A stretch of DNA of 64,000 bases from an uncultured Verrucomicrobiae bacterium (GTDB taxonomy: Bacteria > Verrucomicrobiota > Verrucomicrobiia > Limisphaerales > Palsa-1400): contig CAVPOM010000005.1 of NCBI GenBank assembly GCA_963707025.1, positions 608,217-672,216 of the forward strand. The letters are read 5' to 3'. Under the pieces are notes generated by a model that saw only the letters and a list, made by a program, of their open reading frames with translations, was not told the origin of the DNA and ran no database searches. A program made the position numbers and the translations under genes. Positions 19,144-32,615 of the stretch are shown here, piece by piece (the first letter of the stretch is position 1; each line of letters begins with the position of its first letter).

Positions 19144-21600
19144 ATGAGCTGCCGGAAACCAAAGCGTAACTCCCCCAAGGGTCCCGCCGTGCCATTATCC
19201 AGGAGAAAACTTTGGCGTTTCCGGCTGATGGCACTAATCGGAGTGCCGCTGCTCTTCTTCGGCCTGCTGGAATTGGGTCTCCGCCTGGCCGGTTTTGGAT
19301 ACCCAACCGCATTCCTGCTGAAATCCTCCAACCACGGTGAAAACACCTTTGTGCAGAACAACCAGTTTGGCTGGCGTTTTTTTGGCCCACGCGCGACCCG
19401 CGTGCCGGAGGCAATTTCCATCCCGCGCGAGAAACCGCCCGGCACCGTTCGGATTTTTGTCTTTGGCGAATCCGCCGCCTATGGCGATCCGCAACCTCGC
19501 TTCGGCCTGCCCCGCATGTTGGAAGCCATGCTTGACTTGCGGCATCCCGACAAAAAGTTTGAAGTGCTCAACGCCGCCATGACCGGCATCAATTCGCACG
19601 TCATCCTGCCCCTGGCCCGCGACTGCGCGGAGGCCCGCGGGGACGTTTGGGTGATTTACATGGGAAACAATGAAGTCATCGGGCCGTTCGGCGCCGGGAC
19701 GGTCTTTGGCAGCCAAACGATGCCGCTGCCATTGATCCGCGCCGGGCTCGCGCTCAAAGCGACACGGACCGGCCAGTTGCTCGGCGCATTGCAGGGAGCG
19801 TCGGAGAAAACCGCCGCCGGGAAAGACGAATGGAAGGGCATGAGGATGTTCGTCAAATACAAACTGGCGGGTTCCGACCCGCGCCTCGGCGCGGTCTATG
19901 ATAATTTCGGGCACAATCTGAAAGACATCATCGCCGCTGGCCAAAACAGCGGCGCGAAAATCGTATTAAGCACGGTGGCGGTAAACCTGAAGGACTGCGC
20001 CCCATTCGCGTCGCTGCACCGCCACGATCTTTCGGAATCCCGGCTCAATGACTGGCAACGCTTCTTTGATGCCGGCGTGAAAGCCCAGGTGGGCGGGAAT
20101 TTTCGGCAGGCGGCCACGGACTATGATCAGGCGGAACAAACCGACGAAAGCTTTGCGGAGTTGCGTTTCCGCCGCGGCCAATGCGATCTGGCGATGAATG
20201 ATGCCGGGTCGGCCCAAAAGGAATTTGCCGCCGCGCGCGATCTGGATGCCTTGCGTTTTCGATGTGACAGCCGGCTCAATGTCATCATCCGGCAGCAGGC
20301 GGTGGGCGATGCGGTGCTGGCCGACGGTGAACGGACGCTGGCGGAGGCGAGTCCAGACGGCATTCCCGGCGCCGAATTATTTTATGAACACGTCCATCTC
20401 ACATTTCAGGGCAACTATGTTCTTGCCCGCGCCATCGCGGAAAAAGTGGAAAGAACATTGAGGCTTCCGGAAAGCGCGCCTTGGCCGGACATGGCCGAAT
20501 GCGCGCGACGCCTCGGCCACACGCCGCGCGACACGCAAGCGGCCCTGTCAGTCCTGTTCGGGCGCCTTGGGGACGTTCCCTTCACGTTTCAAGCCAACCA
20601 CGACGAGCAGATGCGCCGTCTGACCGAAGCCGCGCGCGAATTGCCGCCGCCCGATTCGGCCGCGTCGCTTCGCGGGGCGCAATCCGCCGCCGAGGCCGCG
20701 CTGGCGCGGTGGCCCGACGATGCCGCGCTGTGGAAACAACTGAGTGAAATCAAGCAGGCGGAGGGGGATTACGCCGGGGGGGTTGCCGCGGCTCAACGTT
20801 CGCTCGACCAGACGCCCAGCAGCGCCGAGTGCTGGCTGCTTTACGGCACTCTGCTGGCGCACGAAGACAAATACGAGGATGCAGCCGCGGCCTTTAAGCG
20901 GGTGTTTGCGCTCGATCCGCGAGCCGTTTGGGGCAGGCTCAACCTCGCTTCGTGCCTGGAGAAACTTGGCCGCCGCGACGAGGCTCTGGTCGAGTTCAAA
21001 CGCACGCTTGCCCTGAAACCGGATTATGGCACGGCCTGGCTGTTGCTGGGTCAACTCTATGAAGAAATGGGGCGCACCAACGACGCGGGACAATGCTTCA
21101 ACACGGCGTTGACCAATCGCGTCAACCAGACGGACGACCTGGCCGCGCTGGCGCGCTTTTGCTTCAGCCGCCGCTGGTTTGGACTGGCCGTCACCAATTT
21201 TGCCGCCGCCATTGAGCTTAGCCCGTCGGATCCCGGCTTGCACATGGAAGCCGGACGGGCGCTGTCGGCGCTCGGCCAGCATGACGAGGCAGCGCGGCAA
21301 TATCAGTCGGCCGTTGAGCTGGAGCCCGGTCAGCCTCAACCGCACATACAACTGGGTTTTGAACTTGGTCGTCTTGGGAAGCCCGCTCTGGCCGAGCCGG
21401 AGTTTCGCCAAGCCCTGCGACTTGATCCCAATTTAATTGAGGCGCGTGTGGACTTGGGCATCGCCTTATACGAACAGGAAAAGCTTGATGATGCCCTCAA
21501 ACAATTTGAGGACGTTCTTCAGCGCAACCCCAAGGATGCAACCGCCCTGCGCTATGCCCAGCTATTGCGGAGTCGGACACCTTTGCCCGCAGCCCGATAG
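19144..21600 (+). CDS. Membrane-anchored SGNH-like domain + TPR protein
   Basis: N-terminal TM helix; FGESAAYG, GNNE, EHVH SGNH-like blocks; multiple C-terminal TPRs. Confidence 0.75.
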   Translation: MSCRKPKRNSPKGPAVPLSRRKLWRFRLMALIGVPLLFFGLLELGLRLAGFGYPTAFLLKSSNHGENTFVQNNQFGWRFFGPRATRVPEAISIPREKPPGTVRIFVFGESAAYGDPQPRFGLPRMLEAMLDLRHPDKKFEVLNAAMTGINSHVILPLARDCAEARGDVWVIYMGNNEVIGPFGAGTVFGSQTMPLPLIRAGLALKATRTGQLLGALQGASEKTAAGKDEWKGMRMFVKYKLAGSDPRLGAVYDNFGHNLKDIIAAGQNSGAKIVLSTVAVNLKDCAPFASLHRHDLSESRLNDWQRFFDAGVKAQVGGNFRQAATDYDQAEQTDESFAELRFRRGQCDLAMNDAGSAQKEFAAARDLDALRFRCDSRLNVIIRQQAVGDAVLADGERTLAEASPDGIPGAELFYEHVHLTFQGNYVLARAIAEKVERTLRLPESAPWPDMAECARRLGHTPRDTQAALSVLFGRLGDVPFTFQANHDEQMRRLTEAARELPPPDSAASLRGAQSAAEAALARWPDDAALWKQLSEIKQAEGDYAGGVAAAQRSLDQTPSSAECWLLYGTLLAHEDKYEDAAAAFKRVFALDPRAVWGRLNLASCLEKLGRRDEALVEFKRTLALKPDYGTAWLLLGQLYEEMGRTNDAGQCFNTALTNRVNQTDDLAALARFCFSRRWFGLAVTNFAAAIELSPSDPGLHMEAGRALSALGQHDEAARQYQSAVELEPGQPQPHIQLGFELGRLGKPALAEPEFRQALRLDPNLIEARVDLGIALYEQEKLDDALKQFEDVLQRNPKDATALRYAQLLRSRTPLPAAR

Positions 21601-21673
21601 ATGGCGAACGCGCGCCCTTTAACGCAGCGGAAAGACGTTGACGGAGTGATATTAACAGGTACAATGCACAGCG

Positions 21674-24600
21674 ATGCACTTCCCAATGAAGAGGCGGCTT
21701 TCTGCCACTGTGGTCTTCTCCATCCGGGTGGCCTTGGTCTTGGGCGCGATGGCGTCCGGTGCTCCTCTTGACGCCCAAACGGACCCTGTCATCACCAATC
21801 TTGCACAGCTCACACCGGCTCTCGGTCGTGAAAATCCTATAGTGCGGGACATCAAGCTGGATGCAACAGTCTTCGCCTGCAACACGAACTCCGGCGCGTT
21901 GGTCGTGCAGGATGAAAGCGGCGCCGAACTTCTCGAAATGGACGGCCTCGGGCAAGTGCTTCAGCCCGGGGACAAAATCCGAATCCAGTTCTCGCGGTGT
22001 TTCTTCCGTCGCAGCGATCTCGGGATTTTCGTCTCCGCCGCCCCAACGGTTGACAACGACGGAACTCATAGCGCAAGAACATGTAGCGGTGAATATCGGC
22101 TGAAGGCGGGCCGATTTCCTCTTCGAGTAGACTGGTTCAATCAGTACGGCGCGGCTGCTTTGGAGGTTTTCTGTTCGGCAACCAATTCTGCGCCGCAGGG
22201 GGCCGCAACGGGTGCCGAGGTGACGGCAGCTATGATCCACGTGCTTCGCGCGGAATGTTATGAAGGGAACTGGCTCAGGCTGCCAAATTTTCAACTGCTG
22301 CGACCGGCAAAAGTCGGGAATGTCACTAATTTCGACATTGCGTTCCGGACTCGCGACGAGTTGGCTGGAATCCGGTTCTACGGTTACGTTGATATTCCAC
22401 AAAGCGGTAGGTATCGTTTCGCTCTGCGCTCGGACGACGGCAGCCAATTATGGGTTGGAGATGCTGCGGTGCCTTTAGAGAAACTCGGCACGAACTCCCC
22501 GCCGCTCGCCCCAACGGCCGCAAACGGCGAACCGATGAACAACCTGGATGAACGACGACTGGCGACGGTGGAAGGACGTGTCGGTTTTGTTTCGCGTATT
22601 GGAAAAGGATTGCGCTTTGAAATGCTCTCGGACCTGAATCGCGTGTCCGTGGCGATGGCCGATGCAGGGTCTCTGGAACAAGAAAGCCTTTTAAATGCTT
22701 ACGTGCGGGTATCGGGTGTTGCGTCGGGGGTTTTAATTGGAGATCACCGAGTGGTGCTCGGCAGTCTTACTGCGGCAAGCTCGAAGGAACTGACGATCAT
22801 CGAAAATGCTCCCGGAAAGGGAAAGCTGCCTCCGCTGCTGACAACCATGCTGCAAGTTCAAAGTCTCACGACGAACGATGCCGCGCGCGAACTGCCGGTA
22901 AAAATTCGCGGGGTTGTCACCGCGGTCGCATTTGGACTGGGACGTTGGATTGCAATTCAGGACGATACGCACGGAGGTTTTGTTCGGATCAACGTGATAT
23001 CGAATGACGTCCCGAAGGTCGGCGAATTCTGGGAAATCATGGGCCACACGCAGCTGGGGGACTTTGCCCCGATCATTGTGGCAACAAAGGGCACGTTGCT
23101 CGGCGAAGGCCAGCTTCCCGAACCGGCGCACCCGACGTGGGATCAATTGCTCAATGGCAGCATGGATGTTCAATGGACCGAACTGCAAGGCGTGGTCACT
23201 GGAGTACACAGTAATTGGATTTCGCTTCTCCTCCCAGAAGGACGGCAAGAAATTAGAATGGAGGGGTGGGGTGAATCTGAGTTAAAGGAGTTCTATAATT
23301 CAGTCGTCCGCATCCACGGCGCTCTGTTTGCGACCTGGAATGCCCAGACTCACGAAGTTCGGGTCGGCAGCATCGAGTTTCGCAATGCCTCGGTGGCGGT
23401 GGACAAACCGGCCAGCGCCAATCCGTTCGATGTGCCGGAAAAAACCCCGCGCGGCCTGTTTCTCTTCGACGCCAAAGCCACGTTGTTTCAGCAAGTGAAG
23501 GTTCGCGGCCAAGTTACCTACGCCGATTCAGAGTGCGTCTTCATCGAACGCGGCGCGGGAATACAAGTTTTTCCGGCCAGCAGTGTGACGCTCAGCCTGG
23601 GCGACATCGTGGAAGCGGTTGGGTATCCGAAACTGTCCGGCGCATCCCCGGTCCTGCGGGAAGCGCTGATGCGCAAGATACAAGACGGTGTGCTTCCGAG
23701 TCCTCGCCTGGTCTCTGATTCGGAATTGGCACAGGAACGACTGGCTGCAACGCGAATTCGCATCGAAGGAAACCTCCTCGCGCAACACCGTGAAGACAGC
23801 TGGTTGGTTCTGCAAATGCAAACTCATACGCACCTTTTTCTCGCCCGCATCACCTCCGTTGATTCCCTGAGTTCGTTGCGGCCGGGAAGCGAGCTGTCGC
23901 TGACCGGAATTTACACTTTGCCTGGAAACGACGCGTCGCATTTCGAATTGCTCCTCAATGCGCCGGGCGACATCGTGGTCCTGTCCGAGCCGTCCTGGTG
24001 GACGCTCCGGCGTCTGCTTTGCGCGGCCGGTGCAATGATGGTGACATTGGCAGTCGCCGCTGTTTGGATTACAGCGCTGCGACGCCAGGTCGCCCAACGA
24101 ACCCACCAACTTCAGCGCGAAATCCGCGAGCGCGAACGCGCCGAACGCCAGCAGGCGATCGAAGCGGAACGCTCCCGCATTGCCCGCGACCTTCATGACG
24201 ATCTTGGTTCCAGCCTGACCGAAATCAATGTACTCGCCAGCACCGGCCAGCGGCCCCCTCAAGGAAACAGCGCGCATGCTGCGTTGTTCAAAGCGATTGC
24301 GGACAAAGCGCGAAGCCTTATCGTGGCACTCGATGGCATCGTATGGGCGGTTGACCCCGAGGACAATTCATTGCAGTCGCTCGCTGATTATCTTAGCGGT
24401 TACACTCGCGAATATTTATCCAAGTGGGATATTGCGTGCCGGTTTAAGATTCCCATCACACTCCCGGACGTTAAACTCGATGGCGAAACCCGGCACGAGT
24501 TGCTCATGGTCGTAAAAGAGATTTTGAACAATATTGTCCGCCACGCCGAAGCCAGCGGAGTCGAATTCCAGATGAATCTCGTGGATGACATTCTGGAAAT

Positions 24601-24808
24601 AGCGATTGCCGACAACGGGAGAGGTTTTGACACGGCCACCGAGGCTGACGGACACGGATTGAAAAACCTTCCTGCCCGGCTGAAGAAAGTGGGCGGCAGT
24701 TGCCGTATCGAATCCCTCTCCGCCATAGGCACGACCGTCTGCATGCATCTTCCTCTGCCTACGGCCCTCGCCAGTCGAGACGAAGAAGCAAATACGACGT
24801 TTGTTTGA
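21674..24808 (+). CDS. Second PA14-type membrane sensor histidine kinase (paralog of 10544..13759)
   Basis: ERSRIARDLHDDLG, NNIVRHA, DNGRGF; VDNDGTH and SDDGSQL; same domain order as the first kinase. Confidence 0.9.
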   Translation: MHFPMKRRLSATVVFSIRVALVLGAMASGAPLDAQTDPVITNLAQLTPALGRENPIVRDIKLDATVFACNTNSGALVVQDESGAELLEMDGLGQVLQPGDKIRIQFSRCFFRRSDLGIFVSAAPTVDNDGTHSARTCSGEYRLKAGRFPLRVDWFNQYGAAALEVFCSATNSAPQGAATGAEVTAAMIHVLRAECYEGNWLRLPNFQLLRPAKVGNVTNFDIAFRTRDELAGIRFYGYVDIPQSGRYRFALRSDDGSQLWVGDAAVPLEKLGTNSPPLAPTAANGEPMNNLDERRLATVEGRVGFVSRIGKGLRFEMLSDLNRVSVAMADAGSLEQESLLNAYVRVSGVASGVLIGDHRVVLGSLTAASSKELTIIENAPGKGKLPPLLTTMLQVQSLTTNDAARELPVKIRGVVTAVAFGLGRWIAIQDDTHGGFVRINVISNDVPKVGEFWEIMGHTQLGDFAPIIVATKGTLLGEGQLPEPAHPTWDQLLNGSMDVQWTELQGVVTGVHSNWISLLLPEGRQEIRMEGWGESELKEFYNSVVRIHGALFATWNAQTHEVRVGSIEFRNASVAVDKPASANPFDVPEKTPRGLFLFDAKATLFQQVKVRGQVTYADSECVFIERGAGIQVFPASSVTLSLGDIVEAVGYPKLSGASPVLREALMRKIQDGVLPSPRLVSDSELAQERLAATRIRIEGNLLAQHREDSWLVLQMQTHTHLFLARITSVDSLSSLRPGSELSLTGIYTLPGNDASHFELLLNAPGDIVVLSEPSWWTLRRLLCAAGAMMVTLAVAAVWITALRRQVAQRTHQLQREIRERERAERQQAIEAERSRIARDLHDDLGSSLTEINVLASTGQRPPQGNSAHAALFKAIADKARSLIVALDGIVWAVDPEDNSLQSLADYLSGYTREYLSKWDIACRFKIPITLPDVKLDGETRHELLMVVKEILNNIVRHAEASGVEFQMNLVDDILEIAIADNGRGFDTATEADGHGLKNLPARLKKVGGSCRIESLSAIGTTVCMHLPLPTALASRDEEANTTFV

Positions 24809-24930
24809 TTTGTTGAAACGACCGATGTCCTGTACAATGACAAACAATCGCCTAAAATGTCCTTCAAACTCGTTTGCACAAAACTATGTTGACACCGTCC
24901 TTACCGAGTCGGAATCCCAATTCAAGTTTG

Positions 24931-25593
24931 ATGACCAAAATCGCCATTGTCGAAGATAACACGACCTTTCGCCAGTATCTCGCGGATTTGATAAGTGCGG
25001 CTCCGGATCTCACCTGCGTCTGCGCCTGCGGGTCCGCGGAAGAGGCGCTGGTCGAAATCCCCTCGAAGCGTCCGGACGTGGTGCTGATGGACATTCATCT
25101 TCCTGGCGAATCGGGCATCGCCTGCACCGCGCGACTGCGCGTAAAAATGCCCGACCTGCAAATCATCATGCTGACCGTTTACAAGGACATCAAGACGATC
25201 TTCGAGGCTCTGAAGGTGGGCGCTTGCGGTTACGTGTTAAAGCGGGCAGACGAAATGGAAATTCTCCTCGCCATTGCCGAGGTGCGGGCAGGCGGTGCGC
25301 CGATGACGAGTGAAATCGCGCGCATGGTTGTGCGATCCTTCATGGAACCGCCAACCACTCCGCTGTCGGAGACCGTACAACTCTCGGCGCGCGAAACGGA
25401 AATTCTGGCCGTATTGGCCGAAGGTCTGTCGAACAAGGAAATCGGCGCGCGATTGCATATCACCTCCGCCACCGTCCGCACCCACTTGATGCACATTTAC
25501 GAAAAGTTGCACGTCCGCTGCCGCACAGAAGCCGCGGGGAAATACCTTCGACAACTCCATCCGGCGGTTCCGGGTCTCCAGGGACGCAGGTGA
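24931..25593 (+). CDS. NarL/LuxR-family response regulator
   Basis: REC + LuxR HTH; closely similar to 13791..14414 (shared GGAPMTSEIARM). Confidence 0.95.
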   Translation: MTKIAIVEDNTTFRQYLADLISAAPDLTCVCACGSAEEALVEIPSKRPDVVLMDIHLPGESGIACTARLRVKMPDLQIIMLTVYKDIKTIFEALKVGACGYVLKRADEMEILLAIAEVRAGGAPMTSEIARMVVRSFMEPPTTPLSETVQLSARETEILAVLAEGLSNKEIGARLHITSATVRTHLMHIYEKLHVRCRTEAAGKYLRQLHPAVPGLQGRR

Positions 25594-25825
25594 GAAGCAA
25601 ATCACGCATAAAACGACGTTCTGAACGTAATCAGGCCCTGCCAGCATGATCCCGCACGACGGCGGCACAAACCCGCAGACCCATTCCGAGGTCCGCGGCC
25701 GGCATACGACGTTTGGCTGATACCAACCGGCCTGCATTTCTGCTACGGTGACCATCAAATCAGCCCGAAATGTCAGCAGACCTGACGATATCGGCCTTGA
25801 CGAACGCACAACATAGTCCAATTGA

Positions 25826-26725
25826 ATGAAACCTCGACACAGTTCTTGTGGACTGCCCTGGCACCCGGAATCCCGGCCTCGGGCAGTGTGCGGCTTTACT
25901 TTGATCGAACTGCTCGTGGTCATCGCCATCATCGCCATTCTGGCGGCCTTGTTGCTCCCGGTTCTGGCCAACGCCAAAAAGAAAGCCCAGGAAACTTACT
26001 GCCGGAACAATGAAAAGCAGTTTGTCCTGGGTTTGACAATGTATGCGGACGACTACCGCAATGTGGTGTTGCCATTTTTTCTGGATGCAAACGGTGACGA
26101 TGCCGGCGGCTATTATGGATGGCCCACCCTGTCTCAAGGGAATGATTTTCCAGGTGTGAGTCAGGCGGCGGCCCTGGAAAACGCCAAAGAGGCACTGACG
26201 AACAGCATCCTCTACCCCTACGTCAAGAACGTGAATAGTTTCCATTGCCCGGGCGATACGCGCATCTCCCGGCCCACCGGCGGGGGCGGATTTGCCTTCT
26301 GCACTTATTCCAAGACGCAGAACTACGGCGGCGAATCCTACGATAGTTATTGGGGTCAGGGCGCCACCATTAACAAAGCGTCCGACATTACGGCTCCCTC
26401 CATGACCTTTGCAGAGGTGGAGGATACTGACTGGCGCGGATTTGACGAGGGAACCTTCGTCTTGAATGGCGTGGTGGGCACCACCCCCTGGGTGTTCACC
26501 CCGGAGGATCCGCTGGGCATGTATCATGTCAATGTGAATGTTTGGGGCTTCGTGGACGGCCATGTGGAGAGTCATAAATGGACCTACCAATCGGCCATCA
26601 CGGCCGGCCTGGAAGCCTCCACGGGACAAAACACGGCGGGCCAGTGGATGCTCCCCAATGGAGGCGCCTCGGCCAAGGATTACCAGTACATTCAAAACCG
26701 CTGGCGATTTCCAGGGTGGCATTGA
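25826..26725 (+). CDS. Prepilin-type N-terminal cleavage/methylation domain protein (DUF1559-like)
   Basis: [23 protein letters not shown] leader, FHCPGD, C-terminal H-X9-DG ([13 protein letters not shown]). Confidence 0.9.
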   Translation: MKPRHSSCGLPWHPESRPRAVCGFTLIELLVVIAIIAILAALLLPVLANAKKKAQETYCRNNEKQFVLGLTMYADDYRNVVLPFFLDANGDDAGGYYGWPTLSQGNDFPGVSQAAALENAKEALTNSILYPYVKNVNSFHCPGDTRISRPTGGGGFAFCTYSKTQNYGGESYDSYWGQGATINKASDITAPSMTFAEVEDTDWRGFDEGTFVLNGVVGTTPWVFTPEDPLGMYHVNVNVWGFVDGHVESHKWTYQSAITAGLEASTGQNTAGQWMLPNGGASAKDYQYIQNRWRFPGWH

Positions 26726-26851
26726 CGGACGGACTTGTGAGCTTTTCAACCGTGCTTTGACTGATGCGGAAGTGCATGACATTTATACGGAAGGGAAACG
26801 GCTGGAGCCCTAACCACCGGCTGAATTTCTCCAAATGACCAAGAACACTCT

Positions 26852-28255
26852 ATGAAAACACTATTCTCACTTCTCCCGCTTGCTTCCATGTTGGCGGGCC
26901 AGCTATGCCCCGCCCAAACCAATAAACCGGCGGACGACTGGAAACCAGCGACATCCAACCAGCAGGGCAAACAGTATCCCCAGGTCAACTCGGAAAGGCG
27001 CATCCGCGCCCGCGTCGTCGCGCCGCAAGCCACGAGCGTCTTGTTCGATATCAGCGCCGTAAAATACCCCCTGACCAAGGGCGAAGACGGCGCCTGGATC
27101 GGCGTCACGCAGCCCCAGGACGAAGGTTTCCACTACTACCAGATATGGGTTGATGGCGCTGCGGTTCCGGACCCCGGCAGCCTGTACTTCTACGGCGCCA
27201 GCCGCTGGGGCAGCGGCATCGAAATCCCCGCCGAGGACCAGGACTTCTACGCCCTCAAGAACGTGCCCCATGGCCAGTTGCGGGAGGTCCACTACTTTTC
27301 CAAAACCAGCAGTTCGACCCGTCGCTGCTTCGTTTACACCCCGCCCGATTATGACAAGAATCCGAACACGCGCTTCCCGGTGCTCTATCTGCAGCACGGC
27401 GCGGGCGAAGATGAAACCGGTTGGGGCAACCAGGGCCATGCCAACCTGATCATGGACAACCTGATTGCCGATGGCAAAGCCAAGCCCTTCATCATTGTGA
27501 TGGAAAACGGCCTCAACGCCGGTGGTGCTGGCGGCGGTGGTCGGCGAGGCGGCGGTCGCGGCGTTGCGGCTCCGGCTGCCGCACCTCCCGCCAACACCAA
27601 CCTGCACGTTGTGGTGGTCCAGGCCGATGCTGCGGACGCGCCGGCTGGTGCGGCTCCTGGCGGCGCGACGAACAGCGCTCCGACTCGCGGCGGTCGTGGC
27701 GGTTTCGGCGGCTTTAACTTCACCGCCTTCGAGCAAGTTCTCACTGATGACCTAATCCCGTATATTGACAGCAACTTTCGCACTATTGCAGATCAGCCCC
27801 ACCGGGCGATGGCCGGCCTCTCCATGGGCGGCATGCAGACCCGAACGATTACCATGGCCCACCTCGACACGTTCTCCCACATAGGTATTTTCAGCGGCGG
27901 CAGCATCGGCACGAACGACATCACCGACATGGCGGCCTTCCAGCAGAAGGTCAAACTCGTGTTCGTCAGCTACGGCAGCCGCGAACTTGACTCCGGCAAC
28001 CGCAGAGGCGGAGGCCCTCCAGGCGCGGCTCCTGGCGGCGCTCCTGCTGGCGATACAAACGCGGCCCCGGCTCGCGGCGGGCGCGGCGGCCGTGGGGGCT
28101 TTGGCGGCTTTGGCGGCGACCCCAAGGCGAACGCCGACGCGCTCAAAGAGGCTGGCATCAACAGTCACTACTACATATCTCCGCTGACTGCTCACGAATG
28201 GCAGTCCTGGCGGCGCAGCCTGTTTCAATTTGCCCCGCTGCTTTTCCAGGATTGA
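26852..28255 (+). CDS. CE1-like esterase (feruloyl/acetylxylan) with N-terminal CBM48-like domain
   Basis: VYTPPDY, YLQHGAGEDE, AGLSMGG nucleophile, HEWQSWR. Confidence 0.88.
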   Translation: MKTLFSLLPLASMLAGQLCPAQTNKPADDWKPATSNQQGKQYPQVNSERRIRARVVAPQATSVLFDISAVKYPLTKGEDGAWIGVTQPQDEGFHYYQIWVDGAAVPDPGSLYFYGASRWGSGIEIPAEDQDFYALKNVPHGQLREVHYFSKTSSSTRRCFVYTPPDYDKNPNTRFPVLYLQHGAGEDETGWGNQGHANLIMDNLIADGKAKPFIIVMENGLNAGGAGGGGRRGGGRGVAAPAAAPPANTNLHVVVVQADAADAPAGAAPGGATNSAPTRGGRGGFGGFNFTAFEQVLTDDLIPYIDSNFRTIADQPHRAMAGLSMGGMQTRTITMAHLDTFSHIGIFSGGSIGTNDITDMAAFQQKVKLVFVSYGSRELDSGNRRGGGPPGAAPGGAPAGDTNAAPARGGRGGRGGFGGFGGDPKANADALKEAGINSHYYISPLTAHEWQSWRRSLFQFAPLLFQD

Positions 28256-28302
28256 TTGCCCAGGCTGTCAACCACGCCCCATTATTAATTCTCAACTAAT
28301 GA

Positions 28303-31014
<2,712 letters not shown>

Positions 31015-31161
31015 GCGAACCACGAAGAACCGCTGTTTGGGAGAAGCAACCGCTCACCAGCGGCGGCACCGTCAGATTTTGACTCATGACTCGGATAGGA
31101 GCAAATCTTGGCGACCAAACAAACTCCCCGCCAAAACCAATTGAATCCAAACCCCACACTC

Positions 31162-32442
31162 ATGAAGACCCGCATCCCAATCATCAACTCTCACTTCAGC
31201 CTGCTGACCTCCGCCTTTCTGGCAATTGGTGCAACGGCACGGTCCGCCGACACGTCCACCCTCAAGGACGCCTACAAAGACCAGTTCTATGTTGGCGTGG
31301 CCATCAACCGCACCATCGCGATGAGCGTAGCGGTCCGCGCGGACAACGTCAACCGAAACCAGGAACAGGTCAACAAAGACATCTCTCTCGTCAAGGAACA
31401 GTTCAACCAGATTTCTCCGGAGAACGACCTGAAGTGGGCACTCATCCATCCGCAGGAAGGCCCGGACGGCTATAATTTCGGCCCGGCTGACGCTTACGTG
31501 AACTTCGGCCTGAGCAATCACATGTATATCGTGGGTCACACACTCGTCTGGCACGGCCAGACACCCAACTGGGTATTCGCCGGAACGAATCTCCCGCCGG
31601 GAGACACCAACGCCGCCGCCAGCGCCGTTACGGACGCGAATCCGCCCGGGACAAACGCGCCAGGGCGTGGAAGAGCAGGCCGTGGTTTCGGCGGCGGCTT
31701 CGGTCGTGGCGGTCTTAGCGGACCGCGCGCGTCGCGCGACGAGTTGCTCCAGCGGATGCGCGATCACATTCACACCGTCGTTGGCCGCTACAAGAGCAAG
31801 ATCAAGGTCTGGGACGTGGTAAACGAGGCCATCGCCGACGGGGGCACGAACATCCTGCGAAGCTCACCCTGGGAGCAGATCATCGGGCCGGACTTCATCG
31901 CCAAGGCTTTTGAATACGCCCACGAAGCCGATCCTCAAGCGATCCTCCGCTACAACGACTATGGATTGGAGAATCCGGCCAAGCGCCGCAAACTGATTAC
32001 TTTGATCAAGTCACTACAGGAGCAACACGTTCCGGTGATGGCCATTGGTTCGCAAACCCACGTCAGCGTTTCTTCGCCGAGCTTTGAGCAGGAAGACCAA
32101 GCGTTGACGGAATTGGAGACACTCGGCTTGCCCATTCATATTACGGAATTCAACGTCAACAGCGCGCAGGGCGGCCAGCGCAGTACAGGCGCGGACATCG
32201 CCAACAATGCCGCGACCACCCAGGGCGGCCTGGTGGATGCAGCCAACCAGCGGCTGGCCGACGCCTACGCGGGTCTTTTCCGGGCGTTCATCAAGCACGA
32301 CAAATCCGTGAGGGTGATCACATTCTGGGGCGTGAATGACGGGGTTTCCTGGCGCGCCCAAGGCCGTCCGCTGTTGTTCGACGCCAATGACCAACCCAAG
32401 CCAGCCTTTGACGCCGTTATCGCTGAGGTGAAGAAGCGCTGA
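31162..32442 (+). CDS. GH10 endo-1,4-beta-xylanase
   Basis: PENDLKW, GHTLVWH, WDVVNE, YNDY, HITE, TFWG motifs. Confidence 0.92.
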   Translation: MKTRIPIINSHFSLLTSAFLAIGATARSADTSTLKDAYKDQFYVGVAINRTIAMSVAVRADNVNRNQEQVNKDISLVKEQFNQISPENDLKWALIHPQEGPDGYNFGPADAYVNFGLSNHMYIVGHTLVWHGQTPNWVFAGTNLPPGDTNAAASAVTDANPPGTNAPGRGRAGRGFGGGFGRGGLSGPRASRDELLQRMRDHIHTVVGRYKSKIKVWDVVNEAIADGGTNILRSSPWEQIIGPDFIAKAFEYAHEADPQAILRYNDYGLENPAKRRKLITLIKSLQEQHVPVMAIGSQTHVSVSSPSFEQEDQALTELETLGLPIHITEFNVNSAQGGQRSTGADIANNAATTQGGLVDAANQRLADAYAGLFRAFIKHDKSVRVITFWGVNDGVSWRAQGRPLLFDANDQPKPAFDAVIAEVKKR

Positions 32443-32615
32443 AAAGTGACCGACTCGCCACAAAACGCAGCACCTGGGCCGCTTTTGTCCCTGAATCTCC
32501 TGCCACTCAAGTTCTTCGGGACTTCAAGTTCCCGGAGACTGGGTGCGGATCACATAAAACATTTCACAGAAAGAATCTTGCGCCGCCACTCTAAATTCTA
32601 TCGAATCGAACCATC

